Made by a program: the position numbers and the translations under genes. A stretch of DNA of 64,000 nucleotides, taken from NCBI GenBank assembly GCA_963727455.1, contig CAVSGG010000008.1:384001-448000 (forward strand). Direction: 5' to 3'. Shown piece after piece: positions 19,841 through 29,681 of this stretch (the first letter of the stretch is position 1; every line of letters starts with the position of its first letter). Origin of the DNA: Candidatus Krumholzibacteriota bacterium. Lineage in GTDB: Bacteria; Krumholzibacteriota; Krumholzibacteriia; JAJRXK01. The notes under the pieces were generated by a model. That model worked only from the letters and a program-made list of their open reading frames with translations, was not told the origin of the DNA and ran no database searches.

Positions 19841-21180
19841 TTCTCCCCCCTGAGAAGACGGTCGATCGCCCGGGCGGCACGCTGTCCATCGTCCACCGCA
19901 TTTACGACCTCTTTGCCGCCGTTGTAGCAGTCTCCACCGGTGAACACGCGGGGATTCCCGGTGGCCATGGTCTCGGGATCCGCCACGACACGGCCCTTTT
20001 CATCACACTGCACTTTCGGAAAGAGCGCGGCCAGACTGGCCAAGCGCTCCTGACCGGTGGCGACCACGATGAGCTGACAGGGCAGCTCCCCCGCCTCCTG
20101 CGCCGTGGATCGGCCATTCTCGGTGCGCAGCAGCGAAATCGAACGCATTTTCCCCGAGGAATCACGGTGGATTTCCGAGACCGCTCTTTCGGCCAGGAGC
20201 CGAACCCTCTTTTCCTTGGCCCTCTCCCACTCGTGCTCGTAGCCGGGCATCTTCTCCTCACTGCGGCGGTACACCAGGGTGACTTCTGGAATCCCGAGCG
20301 AGGCCAATTCCTGAACCGCGTCCAGGGCGGTGTTCCCGCCGCCGACCACCACGGCCGAGGAGACGCCCTCCAGCGCCGCCTCGCTCCGCAGTTTCATGTC
20401 CGCGATCCAGTCGACCGCGCCCACCACCGAAGAACCATCCGCACCAGGGACCCCGCGCAGAGAATCTGCCCCGAGGCCGGGGGCAAAAAAGACGGCAGCG
20501 TGTTTCGCCAGGAGTTCCTCTCCGGAAAAATCGCGGCCTAGCTCGACTCCGGTTTGGATCTGTACTCCGAGGGACTGGATAAACTTCACTTCGTCGAGAA
20601 CGTCCTCCGCGCGAATCTTATAGGGAGCGACACCGCTCACGTTCAGTCCACCCGGAAGTTGACTCTTCTCGTAGATCACCGTCTCATAACCCAAAAGCGC
20701 CAGGGTTCCCGCACAGGCCAACGAGGCGGGGCCCCCTCCCACCAAACCGATGGACTCGCTCTTCTTCTCCTGCCGAGGCAAGAGTTCGACCGAGCGCCCC
20801 TGCTCCATCGCGAAGCGTTGCAATCTGCCGATTTCGATGGGCTTGCGTCCCCAATCCATGTATACACACGCGCCCTCGCACAGCACCTCGACCGGACACA
20901 CCCGGGCGCAACTGGCGCCGAGTAGATTGGACTTCAAAATGGTGCGGGCGGAACCGCGGTAATTACCGGTCGCGATCTTGTGAATGAAGCTCGCGATGTC
21001 GATGCTGGTGGGACAGGCGATCGTACAGGGCGCATCGTGGCAGTACAGGCATCGGCTGGCTTCCGCAAAGGCCTCGGCTTTGGAGAAAGCCGGCTTCTTG
21101 TCGGTGAATCGCAGTTCCAAGCGCTCGGGGGGAACGGACCAGGATCCAGTAGCGCGCATTCTATCCTCCGATCGCTTCAA
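19837..21180 (-). CDS. preT: Dihydropyrimidine dehydrogenase subunit PreT (GltD-like flavoprotein)
   Basis: RCLYCHDAPC...CP, CARVCP...CEGAC, GGGPAS, VVGGGNTALD. Overlaps preA. Start may be MRATG at about 21159. Confidence 0.93.
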   Translation of the reverse strand: MKRSEDRMRATGSWSVPPERLELRFTDKKPAFSKAEAFAEASRCLYCHDAPCTIACPTSIDIASFIHKIATGNYRGSARTILKSNLLGASCARVCPVEVLCEGACVYMDWGRKPIEIGRLQRFAMEQGRSVELLPRQEKKSESIGLVGGGPASLACAGTLALLGYETVIYEKSQLPGGLNVSGVAPYKIRAEDVLDEVKFIQSLGVQIQTGVELGRDFSGEELLAKHAAVFFAPGLGADSLRGVPGADGSSVVGAVDWIADMKLRSEAALEGVSSAVVVGGGNTALDAVQELASLGIPEVTLVYRRSEEKMPGYEHEWERAKEKRVRLLAERAVSEIHRDSSGKMRSISLLRTENGRSTAQEAGELPCQLIVVATGQERLASLAALFPKVQCDEKGRVVADPETMATGNPRVFTGGDCYNGGKEVVNAVDDGQRAARAIDRLLRGEN

Positions 21181-22483
21181 ACGACTCCTCCAGAATTTTC
21201 AGTGCCTCGTCGATCTCGCTCTCACCCACCGTCATGGGTGGCGAAATCCTGATGACATTCCCGTGTAGTCCGCCCTTTCCGATGAGAAGACCGCGCTTCT
21301 TGGTTTCCTCGAAGAGGCGGCCCACCGCCTGGGGATTCGGTGTACGGTCGCCACTGAGTTCGTCCACCACGAGTTCCAGACCCTGCATCAAGCCCATGCC
21401 CCGCACATCTCCCAGGACTTTCGGATGTTTCTTCTGAATCTCCAGAAGGCCGGCGCGCAGGCGCGCGCCCATCTTCTCGGAGTTCTGCGGAATCTTCTCG
21501 TCCTCCATGACTTGCAGGGTGGCATTGGCTGCGGCGCAGGACATCGGGTTGCCGCCGAAAGTCGAAATGGTCAGCTTCTTGAAGCTGTCCGCGATTTCCG
21601 GGGTGGCGATCGTAACCCCCAAGGGCATCCCGTTCGCCACTCCCTTGGCCATGGTCATGATCTCTGGCTGCACCCCCCAGTGCTCGATCCCGAAAAACTT
21701 CGACCCGGTGCGCCCGAAACCGGTCTGAACCTCGTCGCAGATAAAAACCCCTCCGTAGCGCCTGACAATCTCCACTGCCTTTTGAAAATACTCCGGAGGA
21801 GGTGTAACGAAGCCACCCACGCCTTGAATCGGCTCGGCCAGAAAGCCGGCGATCCGTCCGGTCGTCGTGGTCTGGATGAGCTCTTCGATGTCTTCGGCGC
21901 ACTTGATCTCGCACGAGGGATACTTCAGCCCGAGGGGACAGCGATAGCAGTACGGGGCCAAGGCGTGCTTGACCCCCGCGATCTGCGTGCTCACCGCGCG
22001 CCAGGGAGCGTGCGCGGTGAGAGACTGCGCCAGCATGGAGCGTCCGGAATAGCCGTGGCGCAGAGCGATGATCTCCTGCGCCCCCGTGTACACCTGCGCC
22101 AACGCGACGGCCGTCTCGTCGGCCTCGGTTCCCGAGGCGGTGAAGAAGCTCTTGCTCAACTCACCCGGAGCCAGTCTGGCCAGCCGCTCCGCCAATTCGA
22201 CGATGGGAAGGGTGGGAAAGAGCGTCGACACGTGACCGAGACGGTCGATTTGAGCTTTCAGCGGCTCGGTTACGCGCGGATCGCAGTGCCCGATGGAGAC
22301 AGTGAGGATCCCGCCGAAGAAATCGAGGTACTCCTTGCCGTCATAGTCCCTGAGACGTAGGCCGTTTCCGCTCTGCAGCGCAATCGGCTCCTGATAGTAG
22401 TTCGCCACGCTGGGCCAGAGATAACGCGCGTGTTTCTCGCGAATTTCCGATGCCTTGCTTTGGGCCTTGGTCTCGCTCATCAC
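21161..22483 (-). CDS. Class III aminotransferase (beta-alanine aminotransferase, PydD/AGXT2-like)
   Basis: YLDFFGGI, SGTEADE, AEPIQGVGG, DEVQTGFGRTG, TMAKG, TFGGNP; operon context. Confidence 0.9.
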   Translation of the reverse strand: MMSETKAQSKASEIREKHARYLWPSVANYYQEPIALQSGNGLRLRDYDGKEYLDFFGGILTVSIGHCDPRVTEPLKAQIDRLGHVSTLFPTLPIVELAERLARLAPGELSKSFFTASGTEADETAVALAQVYTGAQEIIALRHGYSGRSMLAQSLTAHAPWRAVSTQIAGVKHALAPYCYRCPLGLKYPSCEIKCAEDIEELIQTTTTGRIAGFLAEPIQGVGGFVTPPPEYFQKAVEIVRRYGGVFICDEVQTGFGRTGSKFFGIEHWGVQPEIMTMAKGVANGMPLGVTIATPEIADSFKKLTISTFGGNPMSCAAANATLQVMEDEKIPQNSEKMGARLRAGLLEIQKKHPKVLGDVRGMGLMQGLELVVDELSGDRTPNPQAVGRLFEETKKRGLLIGKGGLHGNVIRISPPMTVGESEIDEALKILEESFEAIGG

Positions 22484-23871
22484 AGTCCCCCATCGAGAGT
22501 TCGTTTGAGATAGCGCCCCGCACCCTTCTCCACTTTCAGATCGCCATTCTTGTACTGTATGCGGCCGTTGACCACCACGGTCGAGGGTACGCCCTTCAGT
22601 TTGAATCCCTCGAAGATGCTGCGGTCCACGTGGTGGTGGTGCGTCTTGGCCGAGATGGTCGCAGTTGCTTCCGGATCCCAGACCACGAGATCGGCATCGG
22701 CGCCCAGGGTGATACTGCCCTTGCGCGGATAGAGGCCGAAGATTTTCGCGGCGCGCGTGGAGCTGAGGTCGACGAACTGGTGCAGGTCGATCTTTCCCTC
22801 GAGAACTCCGTAGGTGTAGAGGAGCGCGAGACGATGTTCGATTCCGGCTGCTCCGTTGGGAATGAGTCGGAAGTCATCCTTGCCCATGTCCTTTTGCCCT
22901 TTTTGGTTGAAGGGGCAGTGGTCGGTGGCGACCGTCTGGAGAATCCCCGCCTTCAGAGCGTTCCACAGCACCTCCTGGTGACCTTTGGGCCGGATCGGTG
23001 GTGACATGACGTAGGCGGCGCCCTCGAAATCGGGCTTCTCGTACACACTGTCATCCAGCATGAGGTACTGCGTACAGGTCTCCCCGTAGACGGTCTGCCC
23101 CTGCTCCCTTCCCTGCGCGATGGCGCGCACGGAGGGCTCGCAGGTGACGTGGACCACGTAGAGCGAGCTGCCATTCATGCGTGAGAGCATAATGGCCCGA
23201 TTGGTGGCTTCACCCTCGACCGAAGGGGGCCGCGAAAGGGCGTGATACTTGGGCTCGCGCTTCTTCGCGTTGAAGAGCTTGTTCTGCAATTCGACGACCA
23301 TGTCGCCGTGTTCCGCGTGCACCGTAACCAAGGCGTTCAAATCGCGGGCGCACTTCATGACCTCGATGAGCTCGGGATCCTCCACGCCAATGGCCCCCCG
23401 GTAGGCCATGAAGGTCTTGAAGGAGGGAATTCCCTCCTCCTGGACGCAGCGTCGCATCACCTCGGCGGTATCCTCTCCCCACCAGGTGATGGCCATGTGG
23501 AAGCCGTAGTCGCTCACGGACTTCTCCGCCTTCTCGTACCACCACTTCAGGGCCTCGTCGTAGGAATCGCCGCGCCCGGGAATGACGAAATCGATGATGC
23601 TGGTGGTGCCTCCGGCCACTCCGGCCGCGGTTCCCGTTTCGAAGTCGTCCGCGGACACAGTTCCCATGAACGGCAGTTCCATGTGAACGTGTGGATCGAG
23701 TCCACCGGGAAAGACATACTGCCCCGACGCATCGATTACCTCGTCCTTTGAGCTGGCTTCGAGCTTTGGCCCCAGTGCGACGATCCTTCCGTCCTCGCAA
23801 CGAATGTCCCCGACGTAGCGGTCGATTGCCGTCACGATCGTTCCGTTCTTGATGAGCACGCTCATGGTCAC
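22480..23871 (-). CDS. hydA: Dihydropyrimidinase
   Basis: PGGLDPHVH, AGGTTSIIDF, SFKTFMAY, VHAE, ATDHCPF, GADADLVVWDP. Confidence 0.96.
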   Translation of the reverse strand: MTMSVLIKNGTIVTAIDRYVGDIRCEDGRIVALGPKLEASSKDEVIDASGQYVFPGGLDPHVHMELPFMGTVSADDFETGTAAGVAGGTTSIIDFVIPGRGDSYDEALKWWYEKAEKSVSDYGFHMAITWWGEDTAEVMRRCVQEEGIPSFKTFMAYRGAIGVEDPELIEVMKCARDLNALVTVHAEHGDMVVELQNKLFNAKKREPKYHALSRPPSVEGEATNRAIMLSRMNGSSLYVVHVTCEPSVRAIAQGREQGQTVYGETCTQYLMLDDSVYEKPDFEGAAYVMSPPIRPKGHQEVLWNALKAGILQTVATDHCPFNQKGQKDMGKDDFRLIPNGAAGIEHRLALLYTYGVLEGKIDLHQFVDLSSTRAAKIFGLYPRKGSITLGADADLVVWDPEATATISAKTHHHHVDRSIFEGFKLKGVPSTVVVNGRIQYKNGDLKVEKGAGRYLKRTLDGGL

Positions 23872-23890
23872 TCCTTTGTCGCGGGCTGAG

Positions 23891-24763
23891 TCAGGGGAGC
23901 AGATTCGACATGTCCCCGTAGGTCTCCGGCCGACGATCCCGATAGAATTGCCAGACCTGGCGCACCTCCTCGATCATCTCGAGGTCGAGATCGGCGTGGA
24001 CGAGTTCGTCCTGGTCTTCGCTGGCCTCGACCAGGAAGTCGCCGCGCGGATCCACGAAGTAGCTGCTTCCGTAGAAACGTCCGATGCCCCACGGCTGCTC
24101 CGTTCCCACTCGGTTGATACAGCCCATGAAATAGCCGTTGGCAACCGCATGCGCCGGTTGCTCCAACTTCCACAGATATTGCGAGAGCCCAGCAACGGTG
24201 GCGGAGGGATTGAAGACGATCTCCGCCCCGTTGAGCCCCAGAAGGCGCGCACCCTCGGGGAAATGGCGATCGTAGCAGATATACACTCCCACCTTGGCAT
24301 ATGCGGTTTGGAACACGGGATAACCCAGGTTGCCCGGCTTGAAGAAGTACTTCTCCCAAAATCCCGAAGTGTGTGGAATGTGGTTCTTGCGGTACTTGCC
24401 CAGGTACTTGCCGTCGGCGTCGATCACGGCAGCGGTATTGTAATAGACGCCCGCTTGTTCGCGTTCGTAGACCGGTACCACCAGGACCATCTGGTACTTC
24501 TTGGCGTAGGGCGTCATCACCTCCACCGTGGGGCCGGGCACCGGCTCGGCCGCCGCGTACCAGCGCTTGTCCTGCGAGGGGCAGAAGTAGGGGCCATTGA
24601 AGATCTCCTGCAGACAGAGGATCTTGACCCCCGCCTTGCCCGCCTCCTCCACGAAAGGAAGGTGTCTCTCCAGAGCGGCCGCCTGGATTTCCGCGACCTC
24701 ACGAGATTCATCGTTGATGGGATTCGAACACTGGATGAGACCGCCACGAACGACTCTGGACAC
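23891..24763 (-). CDS. Beta-ureidopropionase (nitrilase-family C-N hydrolase)
   Basis: Glu-Lys-Cys triad in CLQE, YRKNHIP, ICYDRHFPE. GTG start at 24763 after AGGAGG. Confidence 0.92.
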   Translation of the reverse strand: MSRVVRGGLIQCSNPINDESREVAEIQAAALERHLPFVEEAGKAGVKILCLQEIFNGPYFCPSQDKRWYAAAEPVPGPTVEVMTPYAKKYQMVLVVPVYEREQAGVYYNTAAVIDADGKYLGKYRKNHIPHTSGFWEKYFFKPGNLGYPVFQTAYAKVGVYICYDRHFPEGARLLGLNGAEIVFNPSATVAGLSQYLWKLEQPAHAVANGYFMGCINRVGTEQPWGIGRFYGSSYFVDPRGDFLVEASEDQDELVHADLDLEMIEEVRQVWQFYRDRRPETYGDMSNLLP

Positions 24764-24800
24764 TTGTTTCCTCCTCTGTGCGCCGCTGTACGAATGAACT

Positions 24801-26246
24801 CTAGAACCAGCGGGAAATGACGACTTTCTTGTCGGTATAGAAATCGAAAGAATCGCGACCGTGACCTTTGAGGTCGCCGAAGAAGCTGCCCTTCGCGCCA
24901 CCGAAGCTGAAATAGGACATCGGCGCGGCGACCCCGATGTTGACGCCCGTCATGCTGGCATTCACCCGATATTTGAACTCGCGCGCCGCCTTGCCATCCT
25001 GGGTGAAGATGCTCGTCGCGTTCGCGAGCGGGTGCGCAGTCGCAATCTCGATGGCCTCCTGCAGGGTATCGACTCTGATCATGCTCAGGACCGGCCCGAA
25101 GATCTCCTCCTGGGCAATGACCATCTCACGGCCGACCTTGTCGAAAAGGGTCGGACCCACGAAGAAACCTCTCTCAGGGAGGTTCTTGCGGCCATCGGTC
25201 AGAAGTTCCGCACCCTCCTGGATTCCCTTCTCGATGTAGCCCAGAACTTTCTCCTTGTGCGCGGCCGAGATCACCGGACCCATGTCCGTGCCGTCCTTCA
25301 GCCCGTCGCCCATTTTCATGTTTGCGAGTTCTTTCACGAGCCCGTCCTTCACCCATTCCTGCGCCTCGCCCACGTTCAAGAGCACGCTCGCGGCCAGGCA
25401 GCGCTCGCCGGCGCAGCCGTAGGCCGAAGCAATGATCTGGGAGAGAGTCTCCTCGCGCTTGGCATCGGGCATGACGACCAGGAAATTCTTGGCTCCGCCG
25501 AGAGCCTGCACCCGCTTCCCGTTGGCTGCGGCTTCGCGATAGACGTACTGGGCGACGGGGCTGCTTCCCACGAAGGAGACCCCGGCCACTTGGGGATGGG
25601 AGACGATGCGATTCACCACGTCCTTGGCCCCGTTCACCAGGTTCAATACTCCCGGCGGGAACCCGACCTCGTCGATCAACTCGAAGAGCAGCTTCTGGCT
25701 GAGAGGCACCTGTTCGCTGGGCTTGCAGACGAAGGTGTTCCCACAGGCCACCGCGAAGGGATAGAACCACAGCGGCACCATCGCGGGGAAATTGAAGGGA
25801 GCGATGCAGGCGAAGACCCCCAGGGGCTGCCGCACCGCTTCGCAGTCGATGCCCGATGCGACATCTTCCAGACTCTGACCCATGAGCAGCGAGGGGGCGC
25901 CGGTCGCCACGTCCACGCACTCGATGCCGCGGCGGACGCTTCCCCGCGCCTCGGGCAGGGTCTTGCCGTGTTCACGTGTGAGGGTCGCCGCGATCTCCTC
26001 GAAGCGATCCTCCAGGAGCTGCTTGAATTTGAAGAGGTATTGGGTGCGCTGCGCGGGAGGCGTCGTGCGCCAGTCGGCGAAAGCCTTCTGAGCCGCCGAG
26101 ACTGCCCGGTCCACGTCCGAGGCTTTGGACAGGGGAACTTCCGCGAGGATCTCCTCGGTGGCCGGATTGCGTACCTTCAGGTACTCGCTTGCATCCGCCT
26201 CCACCCATTTTCCATCAATGTAATTCCGCAGCTTTTGCGCTGACAT
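24801..26246 (-). CDS. mmsA: CoA-acylating (methyl)malonate-semialdehyde dehydrogenase
   Basis: PFNFPAMVP, KPSEQ, SFVGS, GKRVQALGGAKN, GCAGERCLA, EEIFGPV. Confidence 0.95.
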   Translation of the reverse strand: MSAQKLRNYIDGKWVEADASEYLKVRNPATEEILAEVPLSKASDVDRAVSAAQKAFADWRTTPPAQRTQYLFKFKQLLEDRFEEIAATLTREHGKTLPEARGSVRRGIECVDVATGAPSLLMGQSLEDVASGIDCEAVRQPLGVFACIAPFNFPAMVPLWFYPFAVACGNTFVCKPSEQVPLSQKLLFELIDEVGFPPGVLNLVNGAKDVVNRIVSHPQVAGVSFVGSSPVAQYVYREAAANGKRVQALGGAKNFLVVMPDAKREETLSQIIASAYGCAGERCLAASVLLNVGEAQEWVKDGLVKELANMKMGDGLKDGTDMGPVISAAHKEKVLGYIEKGIQEGAELLTDGRKNLPERGFFVGPTLFDKVGREMVIAQEEIFGPVLSMIRVDTLQEAIEIATAHPLANATSIFTQDGKAAREFKYRVNASMTGVNIGVAAPMSYFSFGGAKGSFFGDLKGHGRDSFDFYTDKKVVISRWF

Positions 26247-26613
26247 TGCCGCCTCCAAGCTCAAACGACGATCTCTAAGGGGTAGCTATCAATCTACCAC
26301 AGGAGCCGGCTCGGGGGCACGCATGAATCTGTGCATCTCGAGTCCCCAGGATCTGCCGGGAAATTACCTGCGAGCCTCGCTTTCGTCCTTTCTCGATCTC
26401 CGGCCGGTAAAGGTGCCATGCGGGTAGCCGTCCCCTGGATGCAAAATGCGGACACCACCACACGTACGTTCGAGCTTCCCATTTCGTTACGAGGCCCGAT
26501 TAAACCCTCCCCAAACTTTTTGATGGGTCATGTTAGAATGACGCCGTCCCGAAAGACGTGGTTCCCACTCCACGTGAGTTCGTGCCCAGCAGAAAACCAA
26601 GGAGGACGTCTTC

Positions 26614-29046
26614 ATGAGGCGCTCGACATCTCCCCCGTGTCGGTTGTCACTCGCTCTCTTTCTGTCCCTTCTTCTTTTACCGTGCTGCCTCTTCGCGGCA
26701 ACGATCAACTCCATCGAAGTCCTTCAGCTTTCCTTCCAGGGCGAGGGCGCTTCGAGCCTCTTCGTCGCCTCTGAATACGCCGAATTCCACATCAGCTACG
26801 AAACAGGTCCGCTGCCTCAGTTCTTGAACGTCCAAGCAATGCTCCCCGGTTCGTTGGAGGATCCCGTGTGGATCGTGCGCAATCTCTACCTGCGCGAGGT
26901 CCCGACGGAGCCCCCGGTCGAGCAGCTCTCCCAACGGTTTTCTCTGGAGGAATTGGGGGTGAGCCCGGGAACTGAAGTTACGGAAATTCTCATTGGCTTC
27001 GCGCTGGACGACCAGCCGCTCCTCGACGTCGACTTCGTGGCCTGGTCCGCCGGCGTCGGAACCAACCTGCTGTTGCCGGTCGCGCCCAACACGGTTCGCT
27101 ATGGGCTATTCGACCTCGCGGTGAGTGCCGCAGTGCCCGCCGGCACGACGCCCTCTCACGGTACACACACCGCACCGGCCACTTCCGAAGTTTACTGCGC
27201 CTGGGGATGCCAGGTGCCCAACATCGATCTGGGCAGTGGAGGTACCGGTGGCCATCCCGAGGACTGGTTGGGCTGTGGTCCCGCCTCCTGTGCGAACAGC
27301 CTCCACTGGTTGAAGGACCACCCCCAGCCGGGTGATCCCGCCATCCAGTTCCCCTCCTCTCTGCGGGAGACCTACGGCCAGATGAGTCGTCTCATGAACC
27401 GTAACCCGCCCTACGGTGGTGTGTTCCCGCGCGAGATGGCGCGGGCGAAATTGGACTTCGCCGAGGCCCACGGGCTGCCCCTGCGCGTGAAGTACCAGTC
27501 GAATGCTCAGGGCGATACCGCTGACGTCAAGAGCAGCTCGGGCGAGTCCACCGCGAAACTCGAGAATGGAGCCTCGGGTCAGAAAATCACCAAGGCCTGG
27601 ATCGAGCAACAGGCCAAGGACGGCGAAGACGTCGAGCTCATGGTCCACTGGTGGTATACGGATGCGGGCGGAGTGGGGCACTGGGGCCCAGGCCACTTCG
27701 TCGTGCTCACCGGCATGGGAGAGACGGCGGGAAAGACCTGGCTGCGCTTCAAGGACGACAAGCGACAGGACTACGTCAATCCCGATTCACTACGCCACGG
27801 CAGCTCGGATCTGGTGCTCAAGGATGGCTATTATTACGTACCGGGCCTCAACAGAAGGGTGAACGAACCCCCCGGCTCCAGCAACTGGTACGACGGCAAG
27901 GCCATCGTGACCGGTGCGGTCGCGGAGAGCCCGGATGCGTCCGTCACCCCGCCGAGCGGCAGCGAGAGCTACGGACGCTACTGCCAGTCGGTCAAGCGTA
28001 CCATTCCCAAGGGAGGGAAGATCGAGGTCACTTATCCCAGCGACGGAAATCGCTGCTACAACTCGCAGCTGTATGTCCTTGATCGCACGCACAGTCCTCC
28101 GCAGAAGAAAATTGCGCGCGCTTGGAATTTCAATCGCGGGGAGAAGCGTGTCTACAGCAACCCCTATGACTATCCAGTCACCGTCGAACTCCACAACGAC
28201 GATCACGGGGGAGGCACCACACCCTATCCGAGCTTTGGGGTGAATCTTAAGGTCGTGCAGCCTTCGAGTTCGAAGTCGCCCGGAGACGATCCGAGTAACT
28301 GGGAAGAGTACGGAGGGTTCTCCCTCGGAGCGCACGACAGCCTCTGGGATGATTTCTCGCCTGTGGAACTGGGTACGATGGTGAACCTCGGTCCCATCGG
28401 GGACGGCTTCGCCCTGGACCAATTTCCCTCCCACCTGGGAGAGATGGCGGGAACCCAGGAACTCTGGGTCAATACGGACGTACTCGTTTGGAACCCCTAC
28501 TGGGAACATCTGGGGGTTCTCATCGCGGCGGGGGAGGTGAGTCAGCCGGGCGATCTTTTGGTCGAGTGCCCTTCCACTGGTAGCTCCGATGTCGTCCCCA
28601 TCACGGCGACCGGACGCTACGAACTGGATCTGGGTGCGATGCCCCCGCAGGCGCAGTTCCAGCTGCGGCTGGTGGCGCAAAACGGACTGGACATGCGGCT
28701 GGACTGTCTCGGGATCCCCTCGCTGGTGGAGGGAGTCCCAGTGTCCGCCCCAGCGGTCACCCGACCCAGCGCCGCATTTCTGGCCCACAACCACCCCAAT
28801 CCCTTCAACCCGAACACGACGATCCGTTACGGCGTCCCACGGGCAGGGCAGCTGAGCCTGATCGTGTACGACCTGCGTGGCCGCAGAGTGCGAACTCTGG
28901 TCGAGGGCTATCGGCCCGCGGGCAACTTCGAGGAAAGCTGGGATGGCCGGGACGAACGCGGACGGCCGGTGGTCTCGGGAACCTATGTCTACAAGCTGCG
29001 CACGGAGAGCGCAGTTCTCAGCCGCAAGATGAGCTTGGTGAGGTGA
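26614..29046 (+). CDS. Secreted protein with papain-like Cys-His domain and C-terminal FlgD/T9SS-type Ig domain
   Basis: Signal peptide. GCGPASCANSL and GHFVVL motifs. C-terminal HPNPFNPNTTIRY...IVYDLRGRRVRTLV...WDGRD...SGTYVY. Confidence 0.85.
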   Translation: MRRSTSPPCRLSLALFLSLLLLPCCLFAATINSIEVLQLSFQGEGASSLFVASEYAEFHISYETGPLPQFLNVQAMLPGSLEDPVWIVRNLYLREVPTEPPVEQLSQRFSLEELGVSPGTEVTEILIGFALDDQPLLDVDFVAWSAGVGTNLLLPVAPNTVRYGLFDLAVSAAVPAGTTPSHGTHTAPATSEVYCAWGCQVPNIDLGSGGTGGHPEDWLGCGPASCANSLHWLKDHPQPGDPAIQFPSSLRETYGQMSRLMNRNPPYGGVFPREMARAKLDFAEAHGLPLRVKYQSNAQGDTADVKSSSGESTAKLENGASGQKITKAWIEQQAKDGEDVELMVHWWYTDAGGVGHWGPGHFVVLTGMGETAGKTWLRFKDDKRQDYVNPDSLRHGSSDLVLKDGYYYVPGLNRRVNEPPGSSNWYDGKAIVTGAVAESPDASVTPPSGSESYGRYCQSVKRTIPKGGKIEVTYPSDGNRCYNSQLYVLDRTHSPPQKKIARAWNFNRGEKRVYSNPYDYPVTVELHNDDHGGGTTPYPSFGVNLKVVQPSSSKSPGDDPSNWEEYGGFSLGAHDSLWDDFSPVELGTMVNLGPIGDGFALDQFPSHLGEMAGTQELWVNTDVLVWNPYWEHLGVLIAAGEVSQPGDLLVECPSTGSSDVVPITATGRYELDLGAMPPQAQFQLRLVAQNGLDMRLDCLGIPSLVEGVPVSAPAVTRPSAAFLAHNHPNPFNPNTTIRYGVPRAGQLSLIVYDLRGRRVRTLVEGYRPAGNFEESWDGRDERGRPVVSGTYVYKLRTESAVLSRKMSLVR

Positions 29047-29055
29047 TCCTAGAGA

Positions 29056-29502
29056 TCAGAGCCCATTGGAGACGGTCAGCACCAAGCCATTTTTTCCGTA
29101 GCCCTGGATGGCGTAGCCGTCGGGAACACCAGCACTCAGGTGGGGAAGAAATCCCACTTGCCCCGGCTGCGCCGCAGCGCCGTCTCGAGGCTCGGTCCGC
29201 TGGTTGTTCCAGGGATTGACCAGCAGCTGTGAGCCGGGAAGAAAGTCGATGAGGGACCGGGAATCGGGCAGGGTGTCCGCGAGTTTGCTGGGGTAGACCC
29301 CGTTGTTTTGCGCCGCGAAATTTTCGGTCAGGATCTGCAGCGTATGGCAGTTGCTCTTGACCCTGGCTTCGCGAGCGTTGTCGCGGAAGTGTGTGAATAC
29401 GGGAATCGCGATGGCGGCGAGGATTCCGATGATCATTACCACGGTCATCAGTTCGATCAGAGTGAAACCAGATTCACTCTTCAGATTGCTTGGCTTTCGC
29501 AC
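29056..29502 (-). CDS. Type IV pilin / prepilin-type protein
   Basis: Class III signal G|FTLIELMTVVMIIGILAAIAIP with Glu5. Confidence 0.92.
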   Translation of the reverse strand: MRKPSNLKSESGFTLIELMTVVMIIGILAAIAIPVFTHFRDNAREARVKSNCHTLQILTENFAAQNNGVYPSKLADTLPDSRSLIDFLPGSQLLVNPWNNQRTEPRDGAAAQPGQVGFLPHLSAGVPDGYAIQGYGKNGLVLTVSNGL

Positions 29503-29554
29503 CGTCCCATCCTCCGGGCAACGAGCAGAAGGGAAATTCTAGACCTCGTTGCCC

Positions 29555-29569
29555 GCAGCATCCGTGCCA
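29555..29569 (-). promoter_or_regulatory. Sigma54 (-24/-12) promoter of the pilin gene
   Basis: Minus strand TGGCACG-GATG-CTGC (GG-N10-GC), about 50 bp upstream of the pilin start. Confidence 0.75.
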
Positions 29570-29681
29570 CTCATTGGGGGGGTGCGAAAACTACGGTTTT
29601 TATCCACTTGTTCCTCGGAACTTCGCGCGCTTCCGCACCCCACGAGACTCTCCCTTGCAAGTTGTGCTCGGCGGAACCGCG

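Noticed and set aside
26400-26425. Sigma54 promoter for the pyrimidine operon (TGGCACC on the minus strand)
   Set aside because: No GC at the -12 position.
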